From the NCBI GenBank assembly GCA_963730935.1, contig CAVSTP010000004.1:768001-832000 (forward strand): a stretch of 64,000 nucleotides of DNA, given 5' to 3'. The stretch's first letter is position 1. Every line of letters begins with the position of its first letter. Source of the DNA: an uncultured Nitrospiraceae bacterium. Its GTDB lineage: Bacteria; Nitrospirota; Nitrospiria; Nitrospirales; Nitrospiraceae. The translations under genes and the position numbers were made by a program. The notes beneath the pieces are model-generated. The model was given only the letters and a program-made list of their open reading frames with translations, was not told the origin of the DNA and did no database searches. This document shows, piece after piece, positions 9,575-19,902 of the stretch.

Positions 9575-12451
9575 TCAGGTCCCTACTCGGAAACACGATT
9601 GGATGACCTGTTGTAGCTCCTCCACATCGAACGGCTTTAACAGGATGGCCTGCGCGCCGAGGCTGATCGCCTTGATGGCAGTGTCCTTGGCCCCGGACGC
9701 CGTCACCATGATGATCGGCAGCTGCTCATTCGATTGCCGGATCCGCCTCAGCACTTCCATGCCGTCCAGGGAGGGAATTCCGATGTCGAGAATCATGCCG
9801 CCAAACCTCCCGGACCCAACCGCCCTCAGCGCGCAGAGGCCGTCGGTTTCCGTTTCCACCAGATACCCCATCGCGCGGAGTCGGTCCTCGAGCAACTCTC
9901 GGATGTCCTTGTCGTCATCCACGACGAGGATGCGAGGGGGAGTCCCTGGTGCGGCGATGTTCGATTCCAGCGCGTATCGCAGGGGCAGGGTAAAATGAAA
10001 CTCCGCGCCTCCCTCTTCTGGCCGACGCGCCTCTATCGTGCCTCCATGCAGCTCCACGAGCGTCCGAACAATCGATAACCCGAGGCCGAGCCCTTTGGCA
10101 GCCGTCCTCGTCGCAGCAACCCTGAAAAAAGGATCAAAGACCTTCTCGAGGCATTCGAGCGGAATGCCGGGACCGGTATCGTTCACCGTCACTCCCGCGT
10201 GCCGATGATTCTCCTTGCCGACGGTCACCGTGATGCCGCCTTCCTCCGGCGTGAACTTCATCGCGTTCTGCACGAGGTTGATGACGATCTGCACCAGCCG
10301 GTCGCGGTCCGCCCAGACGAGCAGCGGCACGTCCGGGTACAGCCCTTCCAGCGTTTGCCGCTTGGCTAGCGCCAAAGGCCGGAGTTGCTCCACCACTTCA
10401 GCGACGCACTGTCCCAGGTCCAGTTCGGCCGGAACCAGTTCAAGCTTCCCAGTCTGGATCCTGGTGCGATCCAACAGGTCCTCGATCATCCGAATCAGCC
10501 GATCGGAATTTTCGAGCATCCGCGACAGATACCGTTGCTGCTTGTCATTGACGGCACCGGTCAGCCCGTCCAGCATGTTCTGCAGGAATCCTTTGATCGA
10601 CGTCATTGGCGTCTTCAACTCGTGCGACACATGGGAAAGAAATTGCGACCGGAGGCGGTCCGCCTGCTCGAGCTCCTTGGTCCGTTCGCGCACCTTGGCT
10701 TCCAATCCGACATTCAGTTCTTCGATCTGCTGATAGGCCGATGCATTGTCGAGCGCGATAGCGGCTTGATGAGCAAACGTGGTCATCAATTCGAGATCGT
10801 CCTGCGTGAGGCTGTGTTCCTGCGTCCGGTCGACGATCATGCTGCCCAAGATGCGGTCCTTCGTTTTGAGCGGCACCGCCAGCAGCGACTTTGTGCCGAT
10901 CAGCCGCAGCAGGCGTTGATTCTGCGGATGCATACGTGCGGCGTACGGCTGAATATCGCCGCTCAGCAAGGGCTTGCCCTGTAAAAGAACGGTGCCTTCC
11001 GGTGACTCCGGGTCCGTGACCGGCGTCTCGTGCGATCGGGCCAGCGCCTGGATCTCCGCTGGCACACCCACGACCCGCACGTCAGTGGTCACGCGGCGGA
11101 CCGGATCGTAGAAAGAGATCATCGCACGGTCGAAGTGCAGATCTCTGGTCAGCGTTTTCAGCACTTGTTCCAAGAGGGTTTCCCGGTCGAGCGTGGAGCT
11201 GAACAACAAGCCGGCGCGATGCAGCACCGTGAGATGATTGACGGAGCGGCGCAATTCCACGCGCGTGTGCTCCTGCTCTAAATACGCTTCGCGTAATTCC
11301 TCATGGCGGGACTCGACGAAGTCGACCTGCTCTTGGATCAAGGCCTCGCGGCGCTGGCTTTCTCTTCTCAACCGCCAATTGATCCACGTGCCCGCCAAGA
11401 GCACGGGAATCAATCCTGCGAGGAGGACTTCGCCCAGGCTCATGGCCGGATACAAGACACGCACCACCGCCGACGTCAGCGCAGCCGCGACCACCGCCCA
11501 GAAATAGCCGGTGAATTCGCCTCGTGACCTGTGAAGCGAGGGGCCGGATGATCGGCGCTTAGGTGTCTGCTGGGATTCAGCGACGGGATCGTGCTGATCC
11601 AGATGTACGGGCGATGGAACGGCAGCCTTCATCCGTGTCGCGGCTTGCGACAGTGCCGCCGGTAAAGACCACAAGCGCCGAACCCAACCGCCGGACGGCT
11701 CGGCAGTCCACCTAATGTCCCATTGGCACCAGGGATCGTCGTTGGCGATGCAGGAGGTTTCGGCGAGCGTGGCCGGAGCCAGTCCATGCACTTGGGCTGG
11801 GACAGCCGCCATGATGCCTTGGGCAGCCTGGCACATCACGTACGTGCAGCGCCGGCGGTAGGGTCCGAACTGGCGCAACGTACGATCGGAAAATCGCATC
11901 GCCAAAGTGGCGGATCGTGTCGTCACGCCGACGACGCGGCATTCAATGGAGCCGGAGGCAAACTTGTTGCCGAAATACGGAAACATGCCGTAGATCTGCG
12001 CCAGCGAAAACGGCCTGGCGAGGACCTGCATGATCGGCGACGCCTTCTCCATGCCTCCGCGAAAGACAAACTGCGGATCGCCGGAGATCCGTTCGCAGAA
12101 CTCGTACAGATAGGCCGTGAACTCATAGGAGTAGCTGTTCCACGCGTTTTTCAGGAAGGCCGGCGTGACGTGGTACACCGGGTCCTTGATCCGTTGGTTG
12201 AGGAGCACGCACAGCTCTTCGACCGCCTGCAGGCCGGCCGCTTTCCCGTGCTGCCGTGCCACCGACGTTTCCAGGTAGATGACGGTCGCGCGGAGACTCA
12301 TTCCCGTCAAATCACGGATCTTCTCACCCTGTTCGTCCACGCCGAACGGGCGAAATTCCATGTATTCTCGCTCAAGAATGGTTTGATATTTCGGATACAA
12401 AACTATTGTGGATGGACCAGAACGAAGATCTTGCGCCGCACGATCGTGCAT
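9575..12451 (-). CDS. Hybrid sensor histidine kinase (N-terminal ligand-binding-like domain, 2 TM, GAF, HisKA, HATPase, receiver)
   Basis: FLSHVSHELKTPMTSI H-box, NLVQNAMKFT, DTGPGI, GLGLGLSIV, ILVVDDD...ILDIGIP...KPF. Confidence 0.92.
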   Translation of the reverse strand: MHDRAAQDLRSGPSTIVLYPKYQTILEREYMEFRPFGVDEQGEKIRDLTGMSLRATVIYLETSVARQHGKAAGLQAVEELCVLLNQRIKDPVYHVTPAFLKNAWNSYSYEFTAYLYEFCERISGDPQFVFRGGMEKASPIMQVLARPFSLAQIYGMFPYFGNKFASGSIECRVVGVTTRSATLAMRFSDRTLRQFGPYRRRCTYVMCQAAQGIMAAVPAQVHGLAPATLAETSCIANDDPWCQWDIRWTAEPSGGWVRRLWSLPAALSQAATRMKAAVPSPVHLDQHDPVAESQQTPKRRSSGPSLHRSRGEFTGYFWAVVAAALTSAVVRVLYPAMSLGEVLLAGLIPVLLAGTWINWRLRRESQRREALIQEQVDFVESRHEELREAYLEQEHTRVELRRSVNHLTVLHRAGLLFSSTLDRETLLEQVLKTLTRDLHFDRAMISFYDPVRRVTTDVRVVGVPAEIQALARSHETPVTDPESPEGTVLLQGKPLLSGDIQPYAARMHPQNQRLLRLIGTKSLLAVPLKTKDRILGSMIVDRTQEHSLTQDDLELMTTFAHQAAIALDNASAYQQIEELNVGLEAKVRERTKELEQADRLRSQFLSHVSHELKTPMTSIKGFLQNMLDGLTGAVNDKQQRYLSRMLENSDRLIRMIEDLLDRTRIQTGKLELVPAELDLGQCVAEVVEQLRPLALAKRQTLEGLYPDVPLLVWADRDRLVQIVINLVQNAMKFTPEEGGITVTVGKENHRHAGVTVNDTGPGIPLECLEKVFDPFFRVAATRTAAKGLGLGLSIVRTLVELHGGTIEARRPEEGGAEFHFTLPLRYALESNIAAPGTPPRILVVDDDKDIRELLEDRLRAMGYLVETETDGLCALRAVGSGRFGGMILDIGIPSLDGMEVLRRIRQSNEQLPIIMVTASGAKDTAIKAISLGAQAILLKPFDVEELQQVIQSCFRVGT

Positions 12452-12537
12452 GACTGACGCTCCGTTTGCAGAGACGCGGGAGGCGTTAAGAGCGCCCGTG
12501 ACCGGCGCCCTCGGATGCGGACTGCTCTACTGCTTGC

Positions 12538-12846
12538 CTACTGTTTGATGGCCCGTTTCAGGGTCTTCTCCACGCTGGCGACTTTGGACACCAGGCGGCC
12601 GGAATGACCTTTCCGATAATCCACTTTTATGCTGCAGGAAATACGGTTGCAATCCTTTTTCATACGTTCATAGCACTGGCGCACGACGGCGAACACCTCG
12701 TCCCACTCTCCTTCGAGGACCGTCCCCATCGGGTTCAGCCGGTACGGCACGCCGCTTTTATCGATGATGTCCAATGAGCGAGAGACAAACTCGCTCACGC
12801 TCTCCCCCTTGCCCAAAGGGGACATACTGAATTCCAGCAAGACCAT
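12538..12846 (-). CDS. MTH1187 / thiamine-binding family protein
   Basis: EFSMSPLGKGESVS..., YRLNPMGTVLEGEWDEV, SIKVDYR. Confidence 0.9.
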   Translation of the reverse strand: MVLLEFSMSPLGKGESVSEFVSRSLDIIDKSGVPYRLNPMGTVLEGEWDEVFAVVRQCYERMKKDCNRISCSIKVDYRKGHSGRLVSKVASVEKTLKRAIKQ

Positions 12847-13031
12847 GCGGTTCCTTTCTTCGACCGTTACGAGGTGCCTTTGCTGCCTGTGGACGCCGCC
12901 CGTCTAACCTTCTCACCCGCCCACCCTGACCAATCCTTTTTCACCCACCGACCCACCGATTGCTTCGCAACCGTTTACCCGGGACGCGGGCTTGCCCGTT
13001 ACTCACCCACCCACCCCAGGCGATCTTTTTG

Positions 13032-13159
13032 CACCCGCCCAACCCACCGATTGCTGTGCAATCGTTCACCCATTTCACCCGCCCAACCCACCGATTGCTG
13101 TGCAATCGTTCACCCATTTCACCCGCCCAGCCCACCGAATGCTCCGCAATCGTTCACCC
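13032..13159 (+). repeat. Tandem 44-bp repeat (about 3 units) derived from family R2
   Basis: CACCCGCCCAACCCACCGATTGCTGTGCAATCGTTCACCCATTT exact at 13032 and 13076, degenerate at 13120. Confidence 0.9.
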
Positions 13160-13180
13160 GGTACCGCGCCTTTAACCTTC

Positions 13181-13837
13181 TCACCCACCCACCCCGGGCG
13201 CGCCGAGACGCGCCTTTTCCCGCTCATCGAGCCACACTTTGGGATACTGCACCTTGCCCAGCAGGCGGAAGCCATCCAACGCTTCCCGCAGCAGCGTGCG
13301 CCGTTTCTCGACGTCAGGCTCATTACTCTTCGCCTGCTCGCGCAATTGGCCAAGCCAGTCGACGAACGCCATGAACTCACTGTCCAAAATGCGCTCGAGA
13401 TCTTCCTTCATGAATCCGGACAGCGCCGGCGCCATGCCGCTCGTGCTGATCGCCACGCGCGCATGCCCTGCCTCGACAACCGCCGGCATGTTCACCGTGG
13501 AGGCTTCGGGATAATCGACGGACCACAACAAGATCTTGCGCTCGCGCGCCTTGGCGAACATCGAGCGGGCAAAGTCTCTGTCGCCGCGTATCATGTTGAG
13601 CACGAGGATCGCGCTTTCCAAATCGGTTTCACGGAAATGCCGTCCGCGATGAATGACTTTGGCGGACGCGGCCAATTGCTTCAACCGTTCGTGCAAGGTG
13701 GGAGAGATCACAATGACTTTGGCGCCGGCATCGAGAAGGCGTTGGGTCTTTTCTGCGGCCTCCTCGTCGCCGCCCAAGACGAGCACCACATAGCCTTTGA
13801 CGTCCAGCGTGAGCGGAAATCCAGGGTTCGCTGCCAT
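13181..13837 (-). CDS. Precorrin-2 dehydrogenase / sirohydrochlorin ferrochelatase (CysG N-terminal / SirC-like)
   Basis: FPLTLDVKGYVVLVLGGDEEA, LLDAGAKVIVISP, VAISTSGMAPALS. Confidence 0.85.
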   Translation of the reverse strand: MAANPGFPLTLDVKGYVVLVLGGDEEAAEKTQRLLDAGAKVIVISPTLHERLKQLAASAKVIHRGRHFRETDLESAILVLNMIRGDRDFARSMFAKARERKILLWSVDYPEASTVNMPAVVEAGHARVAISTSGMAPALSGFMKEDLERILDSEFMAFVDWLGQLREQAKSNEPDVEKRRTLLREALDGFRLLGKVQYPKVWLDEREKARLGAPGVGG

Positions 13838-13967
13838 GACAGTCCTCCAATTCCGAAACGAGGGCCATCATACAACAGAGCCTTTTCCAGGGTAAACCAT
13901 TCGCTCCCTTTTTTTGTGGAGGGTCGGTATAATGCAGCGCTTTTTACCACCATTTTCATAGAGGCCA

Positions 13968-14423
13968 ATGGCTGGATATAAATTCGGTGCGATCGGCATG
14001 GCCGGCGGCATCATCGCGCTCGCGGCCGTCGCGGCCTGGCTGGGCCTGGCGCACGTCTTCGACCCGAAAGGCGGAGAGGGCGTGATTGCGGGCCACGTGC
14101 TGATTTCTCCTGCGTTGGCCGATCAGGTCCGTCCGACCGACGTGCTCTTCGTGATCGTGCGGAGACCGGGAGGCACACCACGACCCGTGGCCGCCAAGCG
14201 CATTGAGAATCCGAAATTCCCTGTGCCATTCGAGATCACGAATGCGGATGTCATGGTCCAGGGTGCCGAGCTGCGCGGCATGGTCGACGTGATGGCCAGA
14301 TTGGATCGCGACGGACAGGCGGGACCGGCGCAGCCAGGCGACATCGAGGGACGCTACGCGAAGAATCCCACGCTGCCCGGCGGGCGCGACTTTGAAATTA
14401 TTTTAGACTCAGTGAAACAGTGA
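13968..14423 (+). CDS. Membrane-anchored protein resembling the CcmI/CycH C-terminal Ig-like domain
   Basis: N-terminal TM; ISPALADQV...LFVIVR...PVAAKRI...FPVPF...VMARLDRDGQA..QPGDIEG. Confidence 0.7.
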   Translation: MAGYKFGAIGMAGGIIALAAVAAWLGLAHVFDPKGGEGVIAGHVLISPALADQVRPTDVLFVIVRRPGGTPRPVAAKRIENPKFPVPFEITNADVMVQGAELRGMVDVMARLDRDGQAGPAQPGDIEGRYAKNPTLPGGRDFEIILDSVKQ

Positions 14424-14510
14424 ACGGAGATTTTGAGGTCAACTTTGAGTGGTTTGCCCTGGGCGATTTCTTTCGGTATACACACGTGTAACTAGGAGAA
14501 GCATCATTAG

Positions 14511-14629
14511 GGATGTTCAAAAAGTCCGCCCGCAAGGCCGCAGCGAGCGAAAGCCCGAAGCGTACGGTTCTAGGTACGTTGAGGGTTTGAGCGAGGCGAG
14601 AACGAAGCGGGAGGGCTTTTTCAACATCC
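14511..14629. repeat. ~120-bp MITE-like element, family R1, copy 2
   Basis: GGATGTTCAAAAAG...CTTTTTCAACATCC, near-identical to 7953-8071. Confidence 0.85.
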
Positions 14630-14630
14630 C

Positions 14631-15173
14631 TTAAGGCCCGGAATCGGCGTCCAACTCCATATTCCAATACAGGTAGTCCCGCCAGCTTTCCGGCGTATTG
14701 CGTATCCCGATGGTAATCGTGACGATGGGACTCCAACGAGGCTTCACGGGCCGCTTCATCAGCCGCATGCCTGCTTCCTCCGGCGTCCGGCCACTCTTGC
14801 GGTTGTTGCAGCGCCAGCAGGCCGTCACGATGTTCTCCCACGTCTTCCGCCCGCCCTTCGCGATCGGCACGACATGATCGAAGGTCAGTTCTTCCGTACG
14901 GTATTTGGTGCGGCAATACTGGCAGACGTATCCGTCTCTCGTGAAGATATTGATCCTGGAAAACTTGACGGCCCGGTGGCTGTCCTTCAGTCGGACCAGC
15001 TTGAGGAGCCGCATGACGGCGGGCAGCTTGAACGAGATCGAGACCCCATGGATTTCGCGGTCGTAGACCTCGAGGACTTCGACCTTACCTTGCCAGAGAA
15101 GAGCGATGGCTTTTTGCCAATGAACGACACGCAGGGGTTCGTACGTAGAGTTGAGCAGGAGGGTCATTTCCAT
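14631..15173 (-). CDS. HNH endonuclease (McrA-like, conserved type)
   Basis: LLLNSTYEPL, NIFTRDGYVCQYC, LTFDHVVP..KGG..TWENIVTACWRCNNRK. Confidence 0.92.
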   Translation of the reverse strand: MEMTLLLNSTYEPLRVVHWQKAIALLWQGKVEVLEVYDREIHGVSISFKLPAVMRLLKLVRLKDSHRAVKFSRINIFTRDGYVCQYCRTKYRTEELTFDHVVPIAKGGRKTWENIVTACWRCNNRKSGRTPEEAGMRLMKRPVKPRWSPIVTITIGIRNTPESWRDYLYWNMELDADSGP

Positions 15174-15336
15174 TCAATAACCTCATTCCCAACCGAGGCT
15201 CCTTTCGTGCGAAGGGCCTTGAATCGGTCTGGGTACGCTCGGCTATCTTCTATGCCATAAGATTGGGGCGAAATCAAGCTCTGGGGCCATTCTGCCGAGG
15301 ACGGATCGCCCCTCCGCATCCGATCCATGAGGCCGC

Positions 15337-15657
15337 ATGTCTGAGTTTATCACGGTGGCGAAAGTCGAAGAGATTCCTCCGGGCACCGGCAAGACCGTCG
15401 ACGTGAACGGAGTCTGGATCGCATTGTTCAACGTGGAAGGTTCGTTTTTTGCTGTCGACAATACCTGTCCGCACGCGGGAGGACCAATCGGCGAAGGCTC
15501 GCTCTCCGGCGAGATCGTCACCTGTCCATGGCACGGATGGCAATTCAACGTGCGCACCGGCCAGCGGGACGGCAATCCAAATTTCACGATCGCCTGCTGT
15601 CTCGTCCGTGTGCAAGATCAACACGTGCAGATCGCGCTGCCGCCCGACTTCCAGTAA
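15337..15657 (+). CDS. Rieske [2Fe-2S] ferredoxin (NirD-like)
   Basis: CPHAGG ... CPWHGW motifs. Confidence 0.92.
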   Translation: MSEFITVAKVEEIPPGTGKTVDVNGVWIALFNVEGSFFAVDNTCPHAGGPIGEGSLSGEIVTCPWHGWQFNVRTGQRDGNPNFTIACCLVRVQDQHVQIALPPDFQ

Positions 15658-15733
15658 CTCGGTGAAAGGCGCGTCCTCGGGGAAACGAATTGCGAAGCAA
15701 TCGGAGGGTTGGGCGGGTGAGATAAGCGTCCGA

Positions 15734-16192
15734 TTAGGCAGGCCCGAGGATGTTGGGCTTCGGTGCGGTTGGTGCAGCCGGCTCATCGGTTTCCGGCGGC
15801 TTCGGAGTGATCCCATCCGCCGGCAACGACGCGGCATTGACTCGCTTCAATGACAGATTGGCGTGCCAAATGAATTCGCGCTCGAACCACTGCCCGCTCG
15901 CGCCTCTGTCCCGCAGCTGCACGCGCACTTCATAGAGATCGCCGTCCACCTGCTTGACCCGCCACTCTCCGAGCCGCGCATTGAGCCCGCGGTCCTTCAT
16001 CGAGCGCACGTGCTCCGTCATGGCTTGCAGAATCGTCGGATAGCCCAGTGCCCGGTGCGTCTGAACCATCGCAAGCGCGTCGGCGCCGCGGCGGTCGATC
16101 ATCGGATTGATTGTCGGCGGCTTGGTCCAGACATAGTAGACTGTGCCCAGCGCCAGTACGCCGACCACAAGGTAATGGATAATCTTCACCAT
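15734..16192 (-). CDS. Hypothetical membrane-anchored protein
   Basis: 152 aa ORF with an N-terminal TM helix and typical codon use. Confidence 0.7.
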   Translation of the reverse strand: MVKIIHYLVVGVLALGTVYYVWTKPPTINPMIDRRGADALAMVQTHRALGYPTILQAMTEHVRSMKDRGLNARLGEWRVKQVDGDLYEVRVQLRDRGASGQWFEREFIWHANLSLKRVNAASLPADGITPKPPETDEPAAPTAPKPNILGPA

Positions 16193-16351
16193 CGACAGGC
16201 TATCCTTCGCGCATGAGGAATCGGACGCATATTAGGAAGCGGTCTCACGCCAAGTCAATCCAGCGGTTAATGCCTTGTATGAAAGAAAGTCGATATGTTA
16301 GAAAAGTACCCCCTGACAATTTCATGGCATTGATGAGGCCACGCCACACCT

Positions 16352-16798
16352 ATGAAGTTCTTTCTGTACGCCGATAATCTCCATCCGACTCAGCTCAAAC
16401 GACGGGCGCCCGAACACCAGTTCCAGATGCTGGCCACGCTCCCCGACCACACCATCCAGTTCTGCCGCTGGTCGTCCCAGTGGCGGTGCGGCCTCGCCAG
16501 CGTCGTACCATCCGCGGGCGAGAAGGCCTGGGGCGCGATTTTCGAGCTGACGGACGAAGACATCAAACTGCTTGATCAACTCGAAGACGACGTGCCTCCG
16601 GAAGCCTTTCGTCACGTGCAGGTCACCGTGCTCAATGAGGCCGGAGAAAAGATCCTCGTCACCACGCATGCGGCTAATCCGATCGGGAAGTTCAAGCCCA
16701 AGGATCACTACCTCGATTGGATCATCAAGGGCCTGAAGCATTGGAAGTTTCCGCAGGAAGTCATCGAGCAATGGGAAGCCTACCGGCCACGCTCATGA
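16352..16798 (+). CDS. Gamma-glutamylcyclotransferase family protein
   Basis: FFLYADNL, GLASVVP..GEKAWGAIFEL...LDQLE, PKDHYLDWIIKGL. Confidence 0.8.
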   Translation: MKFFLYADNLHPTQLKRRAPEHQFQMLATLPDHTIQFCRWSSQWRCGLASVVPSAGEKAWGAIFELTDEDIKLLDQLEDDVPPEAFRHVQVTVLNEAGEKILVTTHAANPIGKFKPKDHYLDWIIKGLKHWKFPQEVIEQWEAYRPRS

Positions 16799-16889
16799 CG
16801 GCGAGGAACGGGGACGAATCTCAAATCGCAAATCCCAGATTTCAACGTAGGAGAAGAGAGCGCACTTCAAATTTTAGATAGAGGAGCCT

Positions 16890-17216
16890 ATGCCAAAACC
16901 CAAATATCACATCGTCGTCTGCACGAACGCCCGACCCCCGGGACATCCCAAACCCTCGTGCGGCAGCGCCGGTTCCGCGCAACTACTGATGGCGTTTAAT
17001 ATGGGGCTGATGCAGCGCGGCGTGATGCCGGGCGACGTGCTCGTCAGCGGCTCCTCGTGTCTGGGTCCTTGCGAGCAGGGACCGACCGTCGTCATCTATC
17101 CGGACGGCACCTGGTACTCGAAGGTCACGGAAGCCGACGTCGCCACGATCCTCGACGAGCATATCAAGGGCGGCAAACCGGTGGCGAAGCTGAACCCCGA
17201 CGCCGTCTGGAAGTAA
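16890..17216 (+). CDS. Thioredoxin-like [2Fe-2S] ferredoxin
   Basis: HIVVCTNAR...SC...SSCLGPCEQGPTVVIYPDGTWY. Confidence 0.92.
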   Translation: MPKPKYHIVVCTNARPPGHPKPSCGSAGSAQLLMAFNMGLMQRGVMPGDVLVSGSSCLGPCEQGPTVVIYPDGTWYSKVTEADVATILDEHIKGGKPVAKLNPDAVWK

Positions 17217-17225
17217 TTATTTGCC

Positions 17226-17738
17226 GTGGCGCATTCAGCACACCACGAACATAAAGCCCACGCGCCTCGAAGCGTGGGCTGCATGGTCATTACCTGCAGC
17301 GATACCCGCACGCCCGACACCGACACCAGCGGACAACTGATCCAGAAACTCCTCCAGGAGCAAGGCCACACAGTCGCCGCCTATCACCTCGTCAAGGACG
17401 AGCCCGCACAGATCAAGGCCCGGATTACCGAAGGCACCGGCAACGATCAGGTGCAGGCCATCATTATCAATGGTGGAACGGGGATCTCGCGGCGGGATTC
17501 AACGTTCGAGGCCGTTGATGCCATGCTGGAAAAACGGCTGGACGGATTCGGCGAGGTGTTTCGCTATCTCACCTATCAGGACATCGGCTCTCCGGCCATC
17601 ATGAGCCGGGCCACCGCCGGCATCATCAAAGGCCGCGTGCTGTTTTCTACTCCGGGATCAGAAAACGCCGTGCGCCTCGCGATGGAAAAACTCATCCTGC
17701 CCGAGCTGGGCCACCTCGTCAAAGAATTGACAAAATAA
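17226..17738 (+). CDS. moaB: Molybdenum cofactor biosynthesis protein MoaB/MogA family
   Basis: ITCSDTRTPDTDTSG, NGGTGISRRDST, GFGEVFR, SRATAG, PGSENAV. Confidence 0.9.
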   Translation: MAHSAHHEHKAHAPRSVGCMVITCSDTRTPDTDTSGQLIQKLLQEQGHTVAAYHLVKDEPAQIKARITEGTGNDQVQAIIINGGTGISRRDSTFEAVDAMLEKRLDGFGEVFRYLTYQDIGSPAIMSRATAGIIKGRVLFSTPGSENAVRLAMEKLILPELGHLVKELTK

Positions 17739-17777
17739 AGGGCATGAGCGGGTAACCCCTGCTTCAGCGAGGGTGTG

Positions 17778-17845
17778 ACCGCATGGCCCTGTCGCTGCTT
17801 GGCTCCGCCAACTTTATCCGGCCCGGACTCCGTCCGAACGGACCT
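17778..17845 (+). repeat. Intergenic repeat family R3 (second copy at about 20587-20650)
   Basis: CCGCATGGCCCT(G/C)TCGCTGCTTGGCTCCGC...CCCGGACTCCGTCCGAACG shared between the two loci. Confidence 0.75.
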
Positions 17846-18313
17846 TCAAACAAGCGTCTCGCCATCGCCACCTGGGAAAAGGGCGCGTCCCGCCGCGCAC
17901 AGGGTTGGGCAGGTGAGAATGGCGACCGCAGCGACAGGCCTTGCACCCATCGCAAGTCGCAGGAGCAACCATCTACCTCCATAGGAAAGCGGGCGAGCTT
18001 GCAGAACTCTTTAAGGCGGTGCTCGCCTGGGCAAAGCGCACGTCTTGGCGTGCGCGGGATGGGAGGGTGAGAATGGCCGCAGTAAGAGATCAATCCAGCC
18101 CCGCCCTAAAGAGATATGAGCAAGCTTGGACGGGGATCATTTTCAGTGCTCGTCATTGGGTAAAGCGCGCGTCTTGGCGTGCGCGGGGGCTGGGCAGGTG
18201 AGAAGTCCGCACTTGGAGGTCGCTCAGCCCTGCCCCCAGAGACATCAGCAAGCTCGGAAGGAGCATTTTTAAAGTGCGTTGGCCGAGCAGAGAATGCCCC
18301 GATCGACAACCCT

Positions 18314-18748
18314 TTAGTCTTGCCCGATCTTAGGTTCGTCGTACCCCATCGCCGGCGGAATCTTCGACTGAGCGTATCGTTTGTAGTGGAGCAATAGGTC
18401 TCGCACCGAGACGACCCCGATAATCTCTCCGTTTCGTGTCACGCCAAGATGACGGATGCTGTAATCGCCCATCATGTCCTGCGCATCGTCGACCGGACGA
18501 CTCGCCTCGATCGTGCGGATCGGCGCCGTCATGATCTTCTCCACCGTCAACTTGCCGAGCGGCTTGCCCGAGGACACCGCCCTCCGGACGATATCGGTGT
18601 CGGTCACGATGCCGACCAACTGCTTCCCTTTCTTTACGAACAGCGAGCCGACACGCGCCGACTTCATCGTTTTCGCGGCGCTCACCACCGACGTCGTCGG
18701 GCCCACCGATTTGGGTTGCTTAGTCATGATGCTGGCGACTGCTGACAT
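18314..18748 (-). CDS. CBS-domain protein
   Basis: Two CBS repeats (VASIMTKQP...LVGIVTDTDI; VEKIMTAP...IIGVVSVRDL). Confidence 0.92.
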   Translation of the reverse strand: MSAVASIMTKQPKSVGPTTSVVSAAKTMKSARVGSLFVKKGKQLVGIVTDTDIVRRAVSSGKPLGKLTVEKIMTAPIRTIEASRPVDDAQDMMGDYSIRHLGVTRNGEIIGVVSVRDLLLHYKRYAQSKIPPAMGYDEPKIGQD

Positions 18749-18867
18749 GGTTCCCTCCTTTCAAAGAGTGTGATCTCGATAGGAAAGAACGTCGTCCTTC
18801 ATTCTATTCCATCGATTCGCTGTCATCTTACCAAAGAATTCCGTACAGTTGTTCACTCAAAACGAAA

Positions 18868-19800
18868 TCAAAACGTCAAAGTCCCCTCAATCACCATAAC
18901 GCACTGTCCGCCGACTTTTACTGAGTGAATCGCCTGTCCGTCGGATTCGATTTGCACGAGGATTCTGGATGGCCGCTCGACTTCGTACCCCTGCTCAATC
19001 ACGATCTCGATCTTAGGGCTCTTCTCCACGATGCCGTTCTGCACGAGATAGGCGCCCAACGCGCCGCTGGCGCTTCCCGTCGCCGGATCTTCCGGAATGC
19101 CGATGGCCGGCGCAAACATTCTCGAATGCACGTTCGAGAAGGGTTCCACGGTCATAGTCGTAAAAGCGGTGATGCCGTTCGCCCCGAACCGGCCGCACAA
19201 ATCGACGATGGCGGAGGGATCGGGATTGATGGAGCGTACGGCCGTCAAGGTGCGTATCGGCACGATCAACACGGGCAAGCCGGTCGACACCACTTCGACC
19301 GGCCATTTCGTATCTGTGATCGTGAGTTTTGGAATCCCCAAGGCCGCCGCCACTTTGTATAAGTCTTCGGTGTCTTCGATGCGCTCGAGAAATTGCGGTT
19401 CCGGCTGGGTCATGACGACGCGCATGACCTGGCCATCCCGCATTAGAAGGTCGACTGGAAACAGCCCGATGTTGCATTCCTGCACGACACGAGTCACAGG
19501 TTCTCGAGTGGCAATCAGACCCAGCTGCGCGAGTACATGCATGGTGCCCACGACTGGATGACCCGCAAAGGGAATTTCCTGGGTCGGGGTAAAAATGCGA
19601 AGGCGGACGACAGCAGCCGGATCCGTCGGTGGAAACACGAAAACGCTCTCGGAAAGATTCATCTCGCGGGCGATCTGCTGAAGCTGATCGTCGGTGAGAC
19701 CTTGAGCTTCGGTAAACACCGCAACCGGGTTGCCGCCGAAGGGCTGAGCCGTGAATACATCCGCTTGATAGAATTTCAGCGAGCGACGCTCGGCCGCCAT
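18868..19800 (-). CDS. PhzF family epimerase/isomerase
   Basis: DVFTAQPFGGNPVAV, AREMNLSESVF, EIPFAGHP, EDPATGSA. Confidence 0.93.
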   Translation of the reverse strand: MAAERRSLKFYQADVFTAQPFGGNPVAVFTEAQGLTDDQLQQIAREMNLSESVFVFPPTDPAAVVRLRIFTPTQEIPFAGHPVVGTMHVLAQLGLIATREPVTRVVQECNIGLFPVDLLMRDGQVMRVVMTQPEPQFLERIEDTEDLYKVAAALGIPKLTITDTKWPVEVVSTGLPVLIVPIRTLTAVRSINPDPSAIVDLCGRFGANGITAFTTMTVEPFSNVHSRMFAPAIGIPEDPATGSASGALGAYLVQNGIVEKSPKIEIVIEQGYEVERPSRILVQIESDGQAIHSVKVGGQCVMVIEGTLTF

Positions 19801-19902
19801 AATAGCGGGCACTCTAGGTCAAGAAACAAGCCCGTGTCAAACCAACAGTTTGTGGACTGTAAGACTGTCGGACAGACCTCGGAACGCGTAGAATGGCGCG
19901 GC

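Noticed and set aside
13032..13159. 44-bp tandem repeat as a mini-CRISPR
   Set aside because: Units are contiguous with no unique spacers
12874..13981. + strand ORFs 12874-13374 and 12992-13981
   Set aside because: They are translations of R2 repeats and antisense to the siroheme-pathway gene
17764..18309. Short ORFs between moaB and the CBS gene
   Set aside because: The region is built from R2 and R3 repeat fragments and the translations have no protein-like features
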